From NCBI RefSeq assembly GCF_009914755.1, contig NC_060947.1: DNA of 64,000 bases; one strand, 5' to 3'. The position numbers and the translations under genes were made by a program. Shown here piece by piece: positions 26,301 to 39,075 of the stretch. Numbering within the stretch: position 1 is the stretch's first letter; each line of letters begins with the position of its first letter. This stretch comes from the human T2T-CHM13v2.0 reference genome, Homo sapiens. The notes under the pieces were generated by a model. It saw only the letters and a list, made by a program, of their open reading frames with translations, was not told where the DNA came from and did not search any database.

Positions 26301-29300
26301 GATATTTCCTTTTCCACCACAGGCCTCAAAGCCCTCCAAACGTCCACTTGCAGATTCTCGAAAAAGAGTGTTTCATAGCTGCTCTTTCAAAAGGAAAGTT
26401 CAACTCTGGGAGTTGAATACAAACATCACAAAGTAGTTTCCGAGAATGCTTCTGTTTAGTTTTTATGTGAAGATGATCCCGTTTCCAGTGAAATCTTCAA
26501 AGAGGTCCACATATCCCCTTGCAGATTCCAAAGAAAGAGGGTTTCAAAACTGCTCCATCAGAAGGATTGTTCAACTCTGTGAGTTGAATGCAGTCATCGC
26601 AGAAAACTTTCTGAGAATGCTTCTGTCTAGGTTTGATGTGAAGATATAGACGTTTCAAACGAAGGCTACAAAGTGGTCAAAATATACACTTGCAGATTCT
26701 ACTACAAGGGTGTTGCAAACCTGAACTATCAAAGGAAGGTTCAACTCTGTGAGTTGAATACAAACATCACAAAGAATGTTCTGAGTTTGCTTCCGTTCAG
26801 TTATGGGAAGTTGATCCCGTTTCCAACGAAATCCTCAGAGAGGTCCAAATATCCCCTTGCAGATTCTACAAAACGTGTGTTTGGAAACTGCTCCATCATA
26901 ACGAATGTTCAGCTCCCTGAGTTAAACTCCATCGTCACAAAGAATTTTCTGAGAGTGCTACCGTGTGGTTTTTATATGAAGTTCTTTCCTTCACTACCAC
27001 AGACCTCAAAGCGGTCCAAATCTCCACTTGCAGATTCTACAAAAAGAGTGTTTGCAAACTGCTCTATCAAAAGGAATGTTCAACTCTGGGAGTTGAATGC
27101 AATCATCACAGAGCAGTTTCTGAGAATGCTTCTATGTCGTTTTTAGGAGAAGATATTTCCTTTTCCAACACAGTCCTCCAAGCCCGCTAAATAGCCACTT
27201 GCACATTGTAGAAACAGTGTGTCAAAGCTGCGCTATCAAAGGGAAAGTTCAACTCTGTGAGGTGAATGCAAACATCCCAAAGAAGTTTCTGAGAATGCTT
27301 CCGTTTAGCTTTTAGGTGAAGATTATCCCGTTTCCAACGAAACCTTCAAAGAGGTCCAAATATCCCCTTGCGGATCCCACAGAAAGAGTGTTTCGAAACT
27401 GCTGTTTCAAAAGGAATCTTCAACTCTGTGAGTTGAATGCAATCATCACAAAGAAGTTTCTGACAATGCTTCTCTCTCGTCTTTCTGTGAAGATAAAGGA
27501 AAAGGCTTTCAGGCCTTTTCCACCACAGGCCTGAAAGCGCTCCAAATGTCCACTTGCAGATTCTGCCAAAAGAATATTTCAAAACTGCTCTATGAAAAGC
27601 AATGTTAAACTCTGTGGCTCGAACACAAACATCACAAAGCAGTTTCTGAGAATGCTTCAGTTTAGTTTTTCTGTGGAAATATTCCCGTTTCCAAAGAAAT
27701 CTTCAAAGAGGTCCAAGTATCCACTTACAGATTCTACAAAAAGACAGTTTCAAAACTGCTCCATCAAAAGGAAGGTTCAACTGTGTGACTTGAATGCAAT
27801 CATCACTCAGAAGTTTCTGAGAATGCTTCTCTTTAGTTTTTACGTGAACATATACCCGTTTCGAACGAAGGCCAGCCAGTGGTCCAAATATCCACTTGCA
27901 GATTCTACAGAAAGAGTGTTTCGAACATGAACTCTCAAAGGCAGGTTCATCTCTGCGAGTTAAATGCATTCATCATGAAGAACTTTCTCAGAGTGTTTGT
28001 GTTTAGTTATGGGAAATTATTCCCGTTTCCAACGAAATCCTCAGAGAGCTCCAAATATCCACCTGCAGATTCTACCAAAAGTGTATTTGGAAACTGCTCC
28101 ATCAAAAGGCATGTTCAGCTCTGTGAGTGAAACTCCATCATCACAAAGAATATTCTGAGAATGCTTCCGTTTGCCTTTTATATGAAGTTCCTTCCTATAC
28201 TACCGTAGGCCTCAAAGCAGTCCAAATCTCCATTTGCAGATTCTACAAAAAGAGTGATTCCAATCTGCTCTATCAATAGGATTGTTCAACTCCATGAGTT
28301 GAATGCCATCCTCACAAAGTAGTTTCTGAGAATGCTTCTATCTAGTTTTTATGTGAAGATATTTCCTTTTCCACCACAGGCCTCAAAGCCCTCCAAACGT
28401 CCACTTGCAGATTCTCGAAAAAGAGTGTTTCATAGCTGCTCTTTCAAAAGGAAAGTTCAACTCTGGGAGTTGAATACAAACATCACAAAGTAGTTTCCGA
28501 GAATGCTTCTGTTTAGTTTTTATGTGAAGATGATCCCGTTTCCAGTGAAATCTTCAAAGAGGTCCACATATCCCCTTGCAGATTCCAAAGAAAGAGGGTT
28601 TCAAAACTGCTCCATCAGAAGGATTGTTCAACTCTGTGAGTTGAATGCAGTCATCGCAGAAAACTTTCTGAGAATGCTTCTGTCTAGGTTTGATGTGAAG
28701 ATATAGACGTTTCAAACGAAGGCTACAAAGTGGTCAAAATATACACTTGCAGATTCTACTACAAGGGTGTTGCAAACCTGAACTATGAAAGGAAGGTTCA
28801 ACTCTGTGAGTTGAATACAAACATCACAAAGAATGTTCTGAGTTTGCTTCCGTTCAGTTATGGGAAGTTGATCCCGTTTCCAACGAAATCCTCAGAGAGG
28901 TCCAAATATCCCCTTGCAGATTCTACAAAACGTGTGTTTGGAAACTGCTCCATCATAACGAATGTTCAGCTCCCTGAGTTAAACTCCATCGTCACAAAGA
29001 ATTTTCTGAGAGTGCTACCGTCTGGTTTTTATATGAAGTTCTTTCCTTCACTACCACAGGCCTCAAAGCGGTCCAAATCTCCACTTGCAGATTCTACAAA
29101 AAGAGTGTTTGCAAACTGCTCTATCAAAAGGAATGTTCAACTCTGGGAGTTGAATGCAATCATCACAGAGCAGTTTCTGAGAATGCTTCTATGTCGTTTT
29201 TAGGAGAAGATATTTCCTTTTCCAACACAGTCCTCCAAGCCCGCTAAATAGCCACTTGCACATTGTAGAAAAAGTGTGTCAAAGCTGCGCTATCAAAGGG

Positions 29301-32300
29301 AAAGTTCAACTCTGTGAGGTGAATGCAAACATCCCAAAGAAGTTTCTGAGAATGCTTCCGTTTAGCTTTTAGGTGAAGATTATCCCGTTTCCAACGAAAC
29401 CTTCAAAGAGGTCCAAATATCCCCTTGCGGATCCCACAGAAAGAGTGTTTCGAAACTGCTGTTTCAAAAGGAATCTTCAACTCTGTGAGTTGAATGCAAT
29501 CATCACAAAGAAGTTTCTGACAATGCTTCTCTCTCGTCTTTCTGTGAAGATAAAGGAAAAGGCTTTCAGGCCTTTTCCACCACAGGCCTGAAAGCGCTCC
29601 AAATGTCCACTTGCAGATTCGGCCAAAAGAATATTTCAAAACTGCTCTATGAAAAGCAATGTTAAACTCTGTGGCTCGAACACAAACATCACAAAGCAGT
29701 TTCTGAGAATGCTTCAGTTTAGTTTTTCTGTGGAAATATTCCCGTTTCCAAAGAAATCTTCAAAGAGGTCCACGTATCCACTTACAGATTCTACAAAAAG
29801 ACAGTTTCAAAACTGCTCCATCAAAAGGAGGGTTCAACTGTGTGACTTGAATGCAATCATCACTCAGAAGTTTCTGAGAATGCTTCTCTTTAGTTTTTAC
29901 GTGAACATATACCCGTTTCGAACGAAGGCCAGCCAGTGGTCCAAATATCCACTTGCAGATTCTACAGAAAGAGTGTTTCGAACCTGAACTCTCAAAGGCA
30001 GGTTCATCTCTGCGAGTTAAATACATTCATCATGAAGAACTTTCTCAGAGTGTTTGTGTTTAGTTATGGGAAATTATTCCCGTTTCCAACGAAATCCTCA
30101 GAGAGCTCCAAATATCCACCTGCAGATTCTACCAAAAGTGTATTTGGAAACTGCTCCATCAAAAGGCATGTTCAGCTCTGTGAGTGAAACTCCATCATCA
30201 CAAAGAATATTCTGAGAATGCTTCCGTTTGCCTTTTATATGAAGTTCCTTCCTATACGACCGTAGGCCTCAAAGCAGTCCAAATCTCCATTTGCAGATTC
30301 TACAAAAAGAGTGATTCCAATCTGCTCTATCAATAGGATTGTTCAACTCCATGAGTTGAATGCCATCCTCACAAAGTCGTTTCTGAGAATGCTTCTATCT
30401 AGTTTTTATGTGAAGATATTTCCTTTTCCACCACAGGCCTCAAAGCCCTCCAAACATCCACTTGCAGATTCTCGAAAAAGAGTGTTTCATAGCTGCTCTT
30501 TCAAAAGGAAAGTTCAACTCTGGGAGTTGAATACAAACATCACAAAGTAGTTTCCGAGAATGCTTCTGTTTAGTTTTTATGTGAAGATGATCCCGTTTCC
30601 AGTGAAATCTTCAAAGAGGTCCACATATCCCCTTGCAGATTCCAAAGAAAGAGGGTTTCAAAACTGCTCCATCAGAAGGATTGTTCAACTCTGTGAGTTG
30701 AATGCAGTCATCGCAGAAAACTTTCTGAGAATGCTTCTGTCTAGGTTTGATGTGAAGATATAGACGTTTCAAACGAAGGCTACAAAGTGGTCAAAATATA
30801 CACTTGCAGATTCTACTACAAGGGTGTTGCCAACCTGAACTATCAAAGGAAGGTTCAACTCTGTGAGTTGAATACAAACATCACAAAGAATGTTCTGAGT
30901 TTGCTTCCGTTCAGTTATGGGAAGTTGATCCCGTTTCCAACGAAATCCTCAGAGAGGTCCAAATATCCCCTTGCAGATTCTACAAAACGTGTGTTTGGAA
31001 ACTGCTCCATCATAACGAATGTTCAGCTCCCTGAGTTAAACTCCATCGTCACAAAGAATTTTCTGAGAGTGCTACCGTCTGGTTTTTATATGAAATTCTT
31101 TCCTTCACTACCACAGACCTCAAAGCGGTCCAAATCTCCACTTGCAGATTCTACAAAAAGAGTGTTTGCAAACTGCTCTATCAAAAGGAATGTTCAACTC
31201 TGGGAGTTGAATGCAATCATCACAGAGCAGTTTCTGAGAATGCTTCTATGTCGTTTTTAGGAGAAGATATTTCCTTTTCCAACACAGTCCTCCAAGCCCG
31301 CTAAATAGCCACTTGCACATTGTAGAAACAGTGTGTCAAAGCTGCGCTATCAAAGGGAAAGTTCAACTCTGTGAGGTGAATGCAAACATCCCAAAGAAGT
31401 TTCTGAGAATGCTTCCGTTTAGCTTTTAGGTGAAGATTATCCCGTTTCCAACGAAACCTTCAAAGAGGTCCAAATATCCCCTTGCGGATCCCACAGAAAG
31501 AGTGTTTCGAAACTGCTGTTTCAAAAGGAATCTTCAACTCTGTGAGTTGAATGCAATCATCACAAAGAAGTTTCTGACAATGCTTCTCTCTCGTCTTTCT
31601 GTGAAGATAAAGGAAAAGGCTTTCAGGCCTTTTCCACCACAGGCCTGAAAGCGCTCCAAATGTCCACTTGCAGATTCTGCCAAAAGAATATTTCAAAACT
31701 GCTCTATGAAAAGCAATGTTAAACTCTGTGGCTCGAACACAAACATCACAAAGCAGTTTCTGAGAATGCTTCAGTTTAGTTTTTCTGTGGAAATATTCCC
31801 GTTTCCAAAGAAATCTTCAAAGAGGTCCAAGTATCCACTTACAGATTCTACAAAAAGACAGTTTCAAAACTGCTCCATCAAAAGGAAGGTTCAACTGTGT
31901 GACTTGAATGCAATCATCACTCAGAAGTTTCTGAGAATGCTTCTCTTTAGTTTTTACGTGAACATATACCCGTTTCGAACGAAGGCCAGCCAGTGGTCCA
32001 AATATCCACTTGCAGATTCTACAGAAAGAGTGTTTCGAACCTGAACTCTCAAAGGCAGGTTCATCTCTGCGAGTTAAATGCATTCATCATGAAGAACTTT
32101 CTCAGAGTGTTTGTGTTTAGTTATGGGAAATTATTCCCGTTTCCAACGAAATCCTCAGAGAGCTCCAAATATCCACCTGCAGATTCTACCAAAAGTGTAT
32201 TTGGAAACTGCTCCATCAAAAGGCATGTTCAGCTCTGTGAGTGAAACTCCATCATCACAAAGAATATTCTGAGAATGCTTCCGTTTGCCTTTTATATGAA

Positions 32301-32908
32301 GTTCCTTCCTATACGACCGTAGGCCTCAAAGCAGTCCAAATCTCCATTTGCAGATTCTACAAAAAGAGTGATTCCAATCTGCTCTATCAATAGGATTGTT
32401 CAACTCCATGAGTTGAATGCCATCCTCACAAAGTAGTTTCTGAGAATGCTTCTATCTAGTTTTTATGTGAAGATATTTCCTTTTCCACCACAGGCCTCAA
32501 AGCCCTCCAAACGTCCACTTGCAGATTCTCGAAAAAGAGTGTTTCATAGCTGCTCTTTCAAAAGGAAAGTTCAACTCTGGGAGTTGAATACAAACATCAC
32601 AAAGTAGTTTCCGAGAATGCTTCTGTTTAGTTTTTATGTGAAGATGATCCCGTTTCCAGTGAAATCTTCAAAGAGGTCCACATATCCCCTTGCAGATTCC
32701 AAAGAAAGAGGGTTTCAAAACTGCTCCATCAGAAGGATTGTTCAACTCTGTGAGTTGAATGCAGTCATCGCAGAAAACTTTCTGAGAATGCTTCTGTCTA
32801 GGTTTGATGTGAAGATATAGACGTTTCAAACGAAGGCTACAAAGTGGTCAAAATATACACTTGCAGATTCTACTACAAGGGTGTTGCAAACCTGAACTAT
32901 CAAAGGAA

Positions 32909-34961
32909 GGTTCAACTCTGTGAGTTGAATACAAACATCACAAAGAATGTTCTGAGTTTGCTTCCGTTCAGTTATGGGAAGTTGATCCCGTTTCCAACGA
33001 AATCCTCAGAGAGGTCCAAATATCCCCTTGCAGATTCTACAAAACGTGTGTTTGGAAACTGCTCCATCATAACGAATGTTCAGCTCCCTGAGTTAAACTC
33101 CATCGTCACAAAGAATTTTCTGAGAGTGCTACCGTCTGGTTTTTATATGAAGTTCTTTCCTTCACTACCACAGGCCTCAAAGCGGTCCAAATCTCCACTT
33201 GCAGATTCTACAAAAAGAGTGTTTGCAAACTGCTCTATCAAAAGGAATGTTCAACTCTGGGAGTTGAATGCAATCATCACAGAGCAGTTTCTGAGAATGC
33301 TTCTATGTCGTTTTTAGGAGAAGATATTTCCTTTTCCAACACAGTCCTCCAAGCCCGCTAAATATCCACTTGCACATTGTAGAAAAAGTGTGTCAAAGCT
33401 GCGCTATCAAAGGGAAAGTTCAACTCTGAGAGGTGAATGCAAACATCCCAAAGAAGTTTCTGAGAGTGCTTCCGTTTAGCTTTTAGGTGAAGATTATCCC
33501 GTTTCCAACGAAACCTTCAAAGAGGTCCAAATATCCCCTTGCGGATCCCACAGAGTGTTTCGAAACTGCTGTTTCAAAAGGAATCTTCAACTCTGTGAGT
33601 TGAATGCAATCATCACAAAGAAGTTTCTGACAATGCTTCTCTCTCGCCTTTCTGTGAAGGTAAAGGAAAAGGCTTTCAGGCCTTTTCCACCACAGGCCTG
33701 AAAGCGCTCCAAATGTCCACTTGCAGATTCTGCCAAAAGAATATTTCAAAACTGCTCTATGAAAAGCAATGTTAAACTCTGTGGCTCGAACACAAACATC
33801 ACAAAGCGGTTTCTGAGAATGCTTCAGTTTAGTTTTTCTGTGGAAATATTCCCGTTTCCAAAGAAATCTTCAAAGAGGTCCACGTATCCACTTACAGATT
33901 CTACAAAAAGACAGTTTCAAAACTGCTCCATCAAAAGGAGGGTTCAACTGTGTGAGTTGAATGCAATCATCACTCAGAAGTTTCTGAGAATGCTTCTCTT
34001 TAGTTTTTACGTGAACATATACCCGTTTCGAACGAAGGCCAGCCAGTGGTCCAAATATCCACTTGCAGATTCTACAGAAAGAGTGTTTCGAACCTGAACT
34101 CTCAAAGGCAGGTTCATCTCTGCGAGTTAAATGCATTCATCATGAAGAACTTTCTCAGAGTGTTTGTGTTTAGTTATGGGAAATTATTCCCGTTTCCAAC
34201 GAAATCCTCAGAGAGGTCCAAATATCCACCTGCAGATTCTACCAAAAGTGTATTTGGAAACTGCTCCATCAAAAGGCATGTTCAGCTCTGTGAGTGAAAC
34301 TCCATCATCACAAAGAATATTCTGAGAATGCTTCCGTTTGCCTTTTATATGAAGTTCCTTCCTATACGACCGTAGGCCTCAAAGCAGTCCAAATCTCCAT
34401 TTGCAGATTCTACAAAAAGAGTGATTCCAATCTGCTCTATCAATAGGATTGTTCAACTCCATGAGTTGAATGCCATCCTCACAAAGTAGTTTCTGAGAAT
34501 GCTTCTATCTAGTTTTTATGTGAAGATATTTCCTTTTCCACCACAGGCCTCAAAGCCCTCCAAACGTCCACTTGCAGATTCTCGAAAAAGAGTGTTTCAT
34601 AGCTGCTCTTTCAAAAGGAAAGTTCAACTCTGGGAGTTGAATACAAACATCACAAAGTAGTTTCCGAGAATGCTTCTGTTTAGTTTTTATGTGAAGATGA
34701 TCCCGTTTCCAGTGAAATCTTCAAAGAGGTCCACATATCCCCTTGCAGATTCCAAAGAAAGAGGGTTTCAAAACTGCTCCATCAGAAGGATTGTTCAACT
34801 CTGTGAGTTGAATGCAGTCATCGCAGAAAACTTTCTGAGAATGCTTCTGTCTAGGTTTGATGTGAAGATATAGACGTTTCAAACGAAGGCTACAAAGTGG
34901 TCAAAATATACACTTGCAGATTCTACTACAAGGGTGTTGCAAACCTGAACTATCAAAGGAA
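32909..34961 (-). repeat. HOR length variant U17, 2053 bp (same 4-bp deletion near 33554)
   Basis: GGATCCCACAGAGTGTTT; ORF step 32844 to 34897 = 2053. Confidence 0.95.
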
Positions 34962-37900
34962 GGTTCAACTCTGTGAGTTGAATACAAACATCACAAAGAA
35001 TGTTCTGAGTTTGCTTCCGTTCAGTTATGGGAAGTTGATCCCGTTTCCAACGAAATCCTCAGAGAGGTCCAAATATCCCCTTGCAGATTCTACAAAACGT
35101 GTGTTTGGAAACTGCTCCATCATAACGAATGTTCAGCTCCCTGAGTTAAACTCCATCGTCACAAAGAATTTTCTGAGAGTGCTACCGTCTGGTTTTTATA
35201 TGAAGCTCTTTCCTTCACTACCACAGGCCTCAAAGCGGTCCAAATCTCCACTTGCAGATTCTACAAAAAGAGTGTTTGCAAACTGCTCTATCAAAAGGAA
35301 TGTTCAACTCTGGGAGTTGAATGCAATCATCACAGAGCAGTTTCTGAGAATGCTTCTATGTCGTTTTTAGGAGAAGATATTTCCTTTTCCAACACAGTCC
35401 TCCAAGCCCGCTAAATAGCCACTTGCACATTGTAGAAAAAGTGTGTCAAAGCTGCGCTATCAAAGGGAAAGTTCAACTCTGTGAGGTGAATGCAAACATC
35501 CCAAAGAAGTTTCTGAGAATGCTTCCGTTTAGCTTTTAGGTGAAGATTATCCCGTTTCCAACGAAACCTTCAAAGAGGTCCAAATATCCCCTTGCGGATC
35601 CCACAGAAAGAGTGTTTCGAAACTGCTGTTTCAAAAGGAATCTTCAACTCTGTGAGTTGAATGCAATCATCACAAAGAAGTTTCTGACAATGCTTCTCTC
35701 TCGTCTTTCTGTGAAGGTAAAGGAAAAGGCTTTCAGGCCTTTTCCACCACAGGCCTGAAAGCGCTCCAAATGTCCACTTGCAGATTCTGCCAAAAGAATA
35801 TTTCAAAACTGCTCTATGAAAAGCAATGTTAAACTCTGTGGCTCGAACACAAACATCACAAAGCGGTTTCTGAGAATGCTTCAGTTTAGTTTTTCTGTGG
35901 AAATATTCCCGTTTCCAAAGAAATCTTCAAAGAGGTCCACGTATCCACTTACAGATTCTACAAAAAGACAGTTTCAAAACTGCTCCATCAAAAGGAGGGT
36001 TCAACTGTGTGACTTGAATGCAATCATCACTCAGAAGTTTCTGAGAATGCTTCTCTTTAGTTTTTACGTGAACATATACCCGTTTCGAACGAAGGCCAGC
36101 CAGTGGTCCAAATATCCACTTGCAGATTCTACAGAAAGAGTGTTTCGAACCTGAACTCTCAAAGGCAGGTTCATCTCTGCGAGTTAAATGCATTCATCAT
36201 GAAGAACTTTCTCAGAGTGTTTGTGTTTAGTTATGGGAAATTATTCCCGTTTCCAACGAAATCCTCAGAGAGGTCCAAATATCCACCTGCAGATTCTACC
36301 AAAAGTGTATTTGGAAACTGCTCCATCAAAAGGCATGTTCAGCTCTGTGAGTGAAACTCCATCATCACAAAGAATATTCTGAGAATGCTTCCGTTTGCCT
36401 TTTATATGAAGTTCCTTCCTATACGACCGTAGGCCTCAAAGCAGTCCAAATCTCCATTTGCAGATTCTACAAAAAGAGTGATTCCAATCTGCTCTATCAA
36501 TAGGATTGTTCAACTCCATGAGTTGAATGCCATCCTCACAAAGTAGTTTCTGAGAATGCTTCTATCTAGTTTTTATGTGAAGATATTTCCTTTTCCACCA
36601 CAGGCCTCAAAGCCCTCCAAACGTCCACTTGCAGATTCTCGAAAAAGAGTGTTTCATAGCTGCTCTTTCAAAAGGAAAGTTCAACTCTGGGAGTTGAATA
36701 CAAACATCACAAAGTAGTTTCCGAGAATGCTTCTGTTTAGTTTTTATGTGAAGATGATCCCGTTTCCAGTGAAATCTTCAAAGAGGTCCACATATCCCCT
36801 TGCAGATTCCAAAGAAAGAGGGTTTCAAAACTGCTCCATCAGAAGGATTGTTCAACTCTGTGAGTTGAATGCAGTCATCGCAGAAAACTTTCTGAGAATG
36901 CTTCTGTCTAGGTTTGATGTGAAGATATAGACGTTTCAAACGAAGGCTACAAAGTGGTCAAAATATACACTTGCAGATTCTACTACAAGGGTGTTGCAAA
37001 CCTGAACTATCAAAGGAAGGTTCAACTCTGTGAGTTGAATACAAACATCACAAAGAATGTTCTGAGTTTGCTTCCGTTCAGTTATGGGAAGTTGATCCCG
37101 TTTCCAACGAAATCCTCAGAGAGGTCCAAATATCCCCTTGCAGATTCTACAAAACGTGTGTTTGGAAACTGCTCCATCATAACGAATGTTCAGCTCCCTG
37201 AGTTAAACTCCATCGTCACAAAGAATTTTCTGAGAGTGCTACCGTCTGGTTTTTATATGATGCTCTTTCCTTCACTACCACAGGCCTCAAAGCGGTCCAA
37301 ATCTCCACTTCCAGATTCTACAAAAAGAGTGTTTGCAAACTGCTCTATCAAAAGGAATGTTCAACTCTGGGAGTTGAATGCAATCATCACAGAGCAGTTT
37401 CTGAGAATGCTTCTATGTCGTTTTTAGGAGAAGATATTTCCTTTTCCAACACAGTCCTCCAAGCCCGCTAAATAGCCACTTGCACATTGTAGAAAAAGTG
37501 TGTCAAAGCTGCGCTATCAAAGGGAAAGTTCAACTCTGTGAGGTGAATGCAAACATCCCAAAGAAGTTTCTGAGAATGCTTCCGTTTAGCTTTTAGGTGA
37601 AGATTATCCCGTTTCCAACGAAACCTTCAAAGAGGTCCAAATATCCCCTTGCGGATCCCACAGAAAGAGTGTTTCGAAACTGCTGTTTCAAAAGGAATCT
37701 TCAACTCTGTGAGTTGAATGCAATCATCACAAAGAAGTTTCTGACAATGCTTCTCTCTCGTCTTTCTGTGAAGATAAAGGAAAAGGCTTTCAGGCCTTTT
37801 CCACCACAGGCCTGAAAGCGCTCCAAATGTCCACTTGCAGATTCTGCCAAAAGAATATTTCAAAACTGCTCTATGAAAAGCAATGTTAAACTCTGTGGCT

Positions 37901-39075
37901 CGAACATAAACATCACAAAGCGGTTTCTGAGAATGCTTCAGTTTAGTTTTTCTGTGGAAATATTCCCGTTTCCAAAGAAATCTTCAAAGAGGTCCACTTA
38001 TCCACTTACAGATTCTACAAAAAGACAGTTTCAAAACTGCTCCATCAAAAGGAAGGTTCAACTGTGTGACTTGAATGCAATCATCACTCAGAAGTTTCTG
38101 AGAATGCTTCTCTTTAGTTTTTACGTGAACATATACCCGTTTCGAACGAAGGCCAGCCAGTGGTCCAAATATCCACTTGCAGATTCTACAGAAAGAGTGT
38201 TTCGAACATGAACTCTCAAAGGCAGGTTCATCTCTGCGAGTTAAATGCATTCATCATGAAGAACTTTCTCAGAGTGTTTGTGTTTAGTTATGGGAAATTA
38301 TTCCCGTTTCCAACGAAATCCTCAGAGAGCTCCAAATATCCACCTGCAGATTCTACCAAAAGTGTATTTGGAAACTGCTCCATCAAAAGGCATGTTCAGC
38401 TCTGTGAGTGAAACTCCATCATCACAAAGAATATTCTGAGAATGCTTCCGTTTGCCTTTTATATGAAGTTCCTTCCTATACGACCGTAGGCCTCAAAGCA
38501 GTCCAAATCTCCATTTGCAGATTCTACAAAAAGAGTGATTCCAATCTGCTCTATCAATAGGATTGTTCAACTCCATGAGTTGAATGCCATCCTCACAAAG
38601 TAGTTTCTGAGAATGCTTCTATCTAGTTTTTATGTGAAGATATTTCCTTTTCCACCACAGGCCTCAAAGCCCTCCAAACGTCCACTTGCAGATTCTCGAA
38701 AAAGAGTGTTTCATAGCTGCTCTTTCAAAAGGAAAGTTCAACTCTGGGAGTTGAATACAAACATCACAAAGTAGTTTCCGAGAATGCTTCTGTTTAGTTT
38801 TTATGTGAAGATGATCCCGTTTCCAGTGAAATCTTCAAAGAGGTCCACATATCCCCTTGCAGATTCCAAAGAAAGAGGGTTTCAAAACTGCTCCATCAGA
38901 AGGATTGTTCAACTCTGTGAGTTGAATGCAGTCATCGCAGAAAACTTTCTGAGAATGCTTCTGTCTAGGTTTGATGTGAAGATATAGACGTTTCAAACGA
39001 AGGCTACAAAGTGGTCAAAATATACACTTGCAGATTCTACTACAAGGGTGTTGCAAACCTGAACTATCAAAGGAA

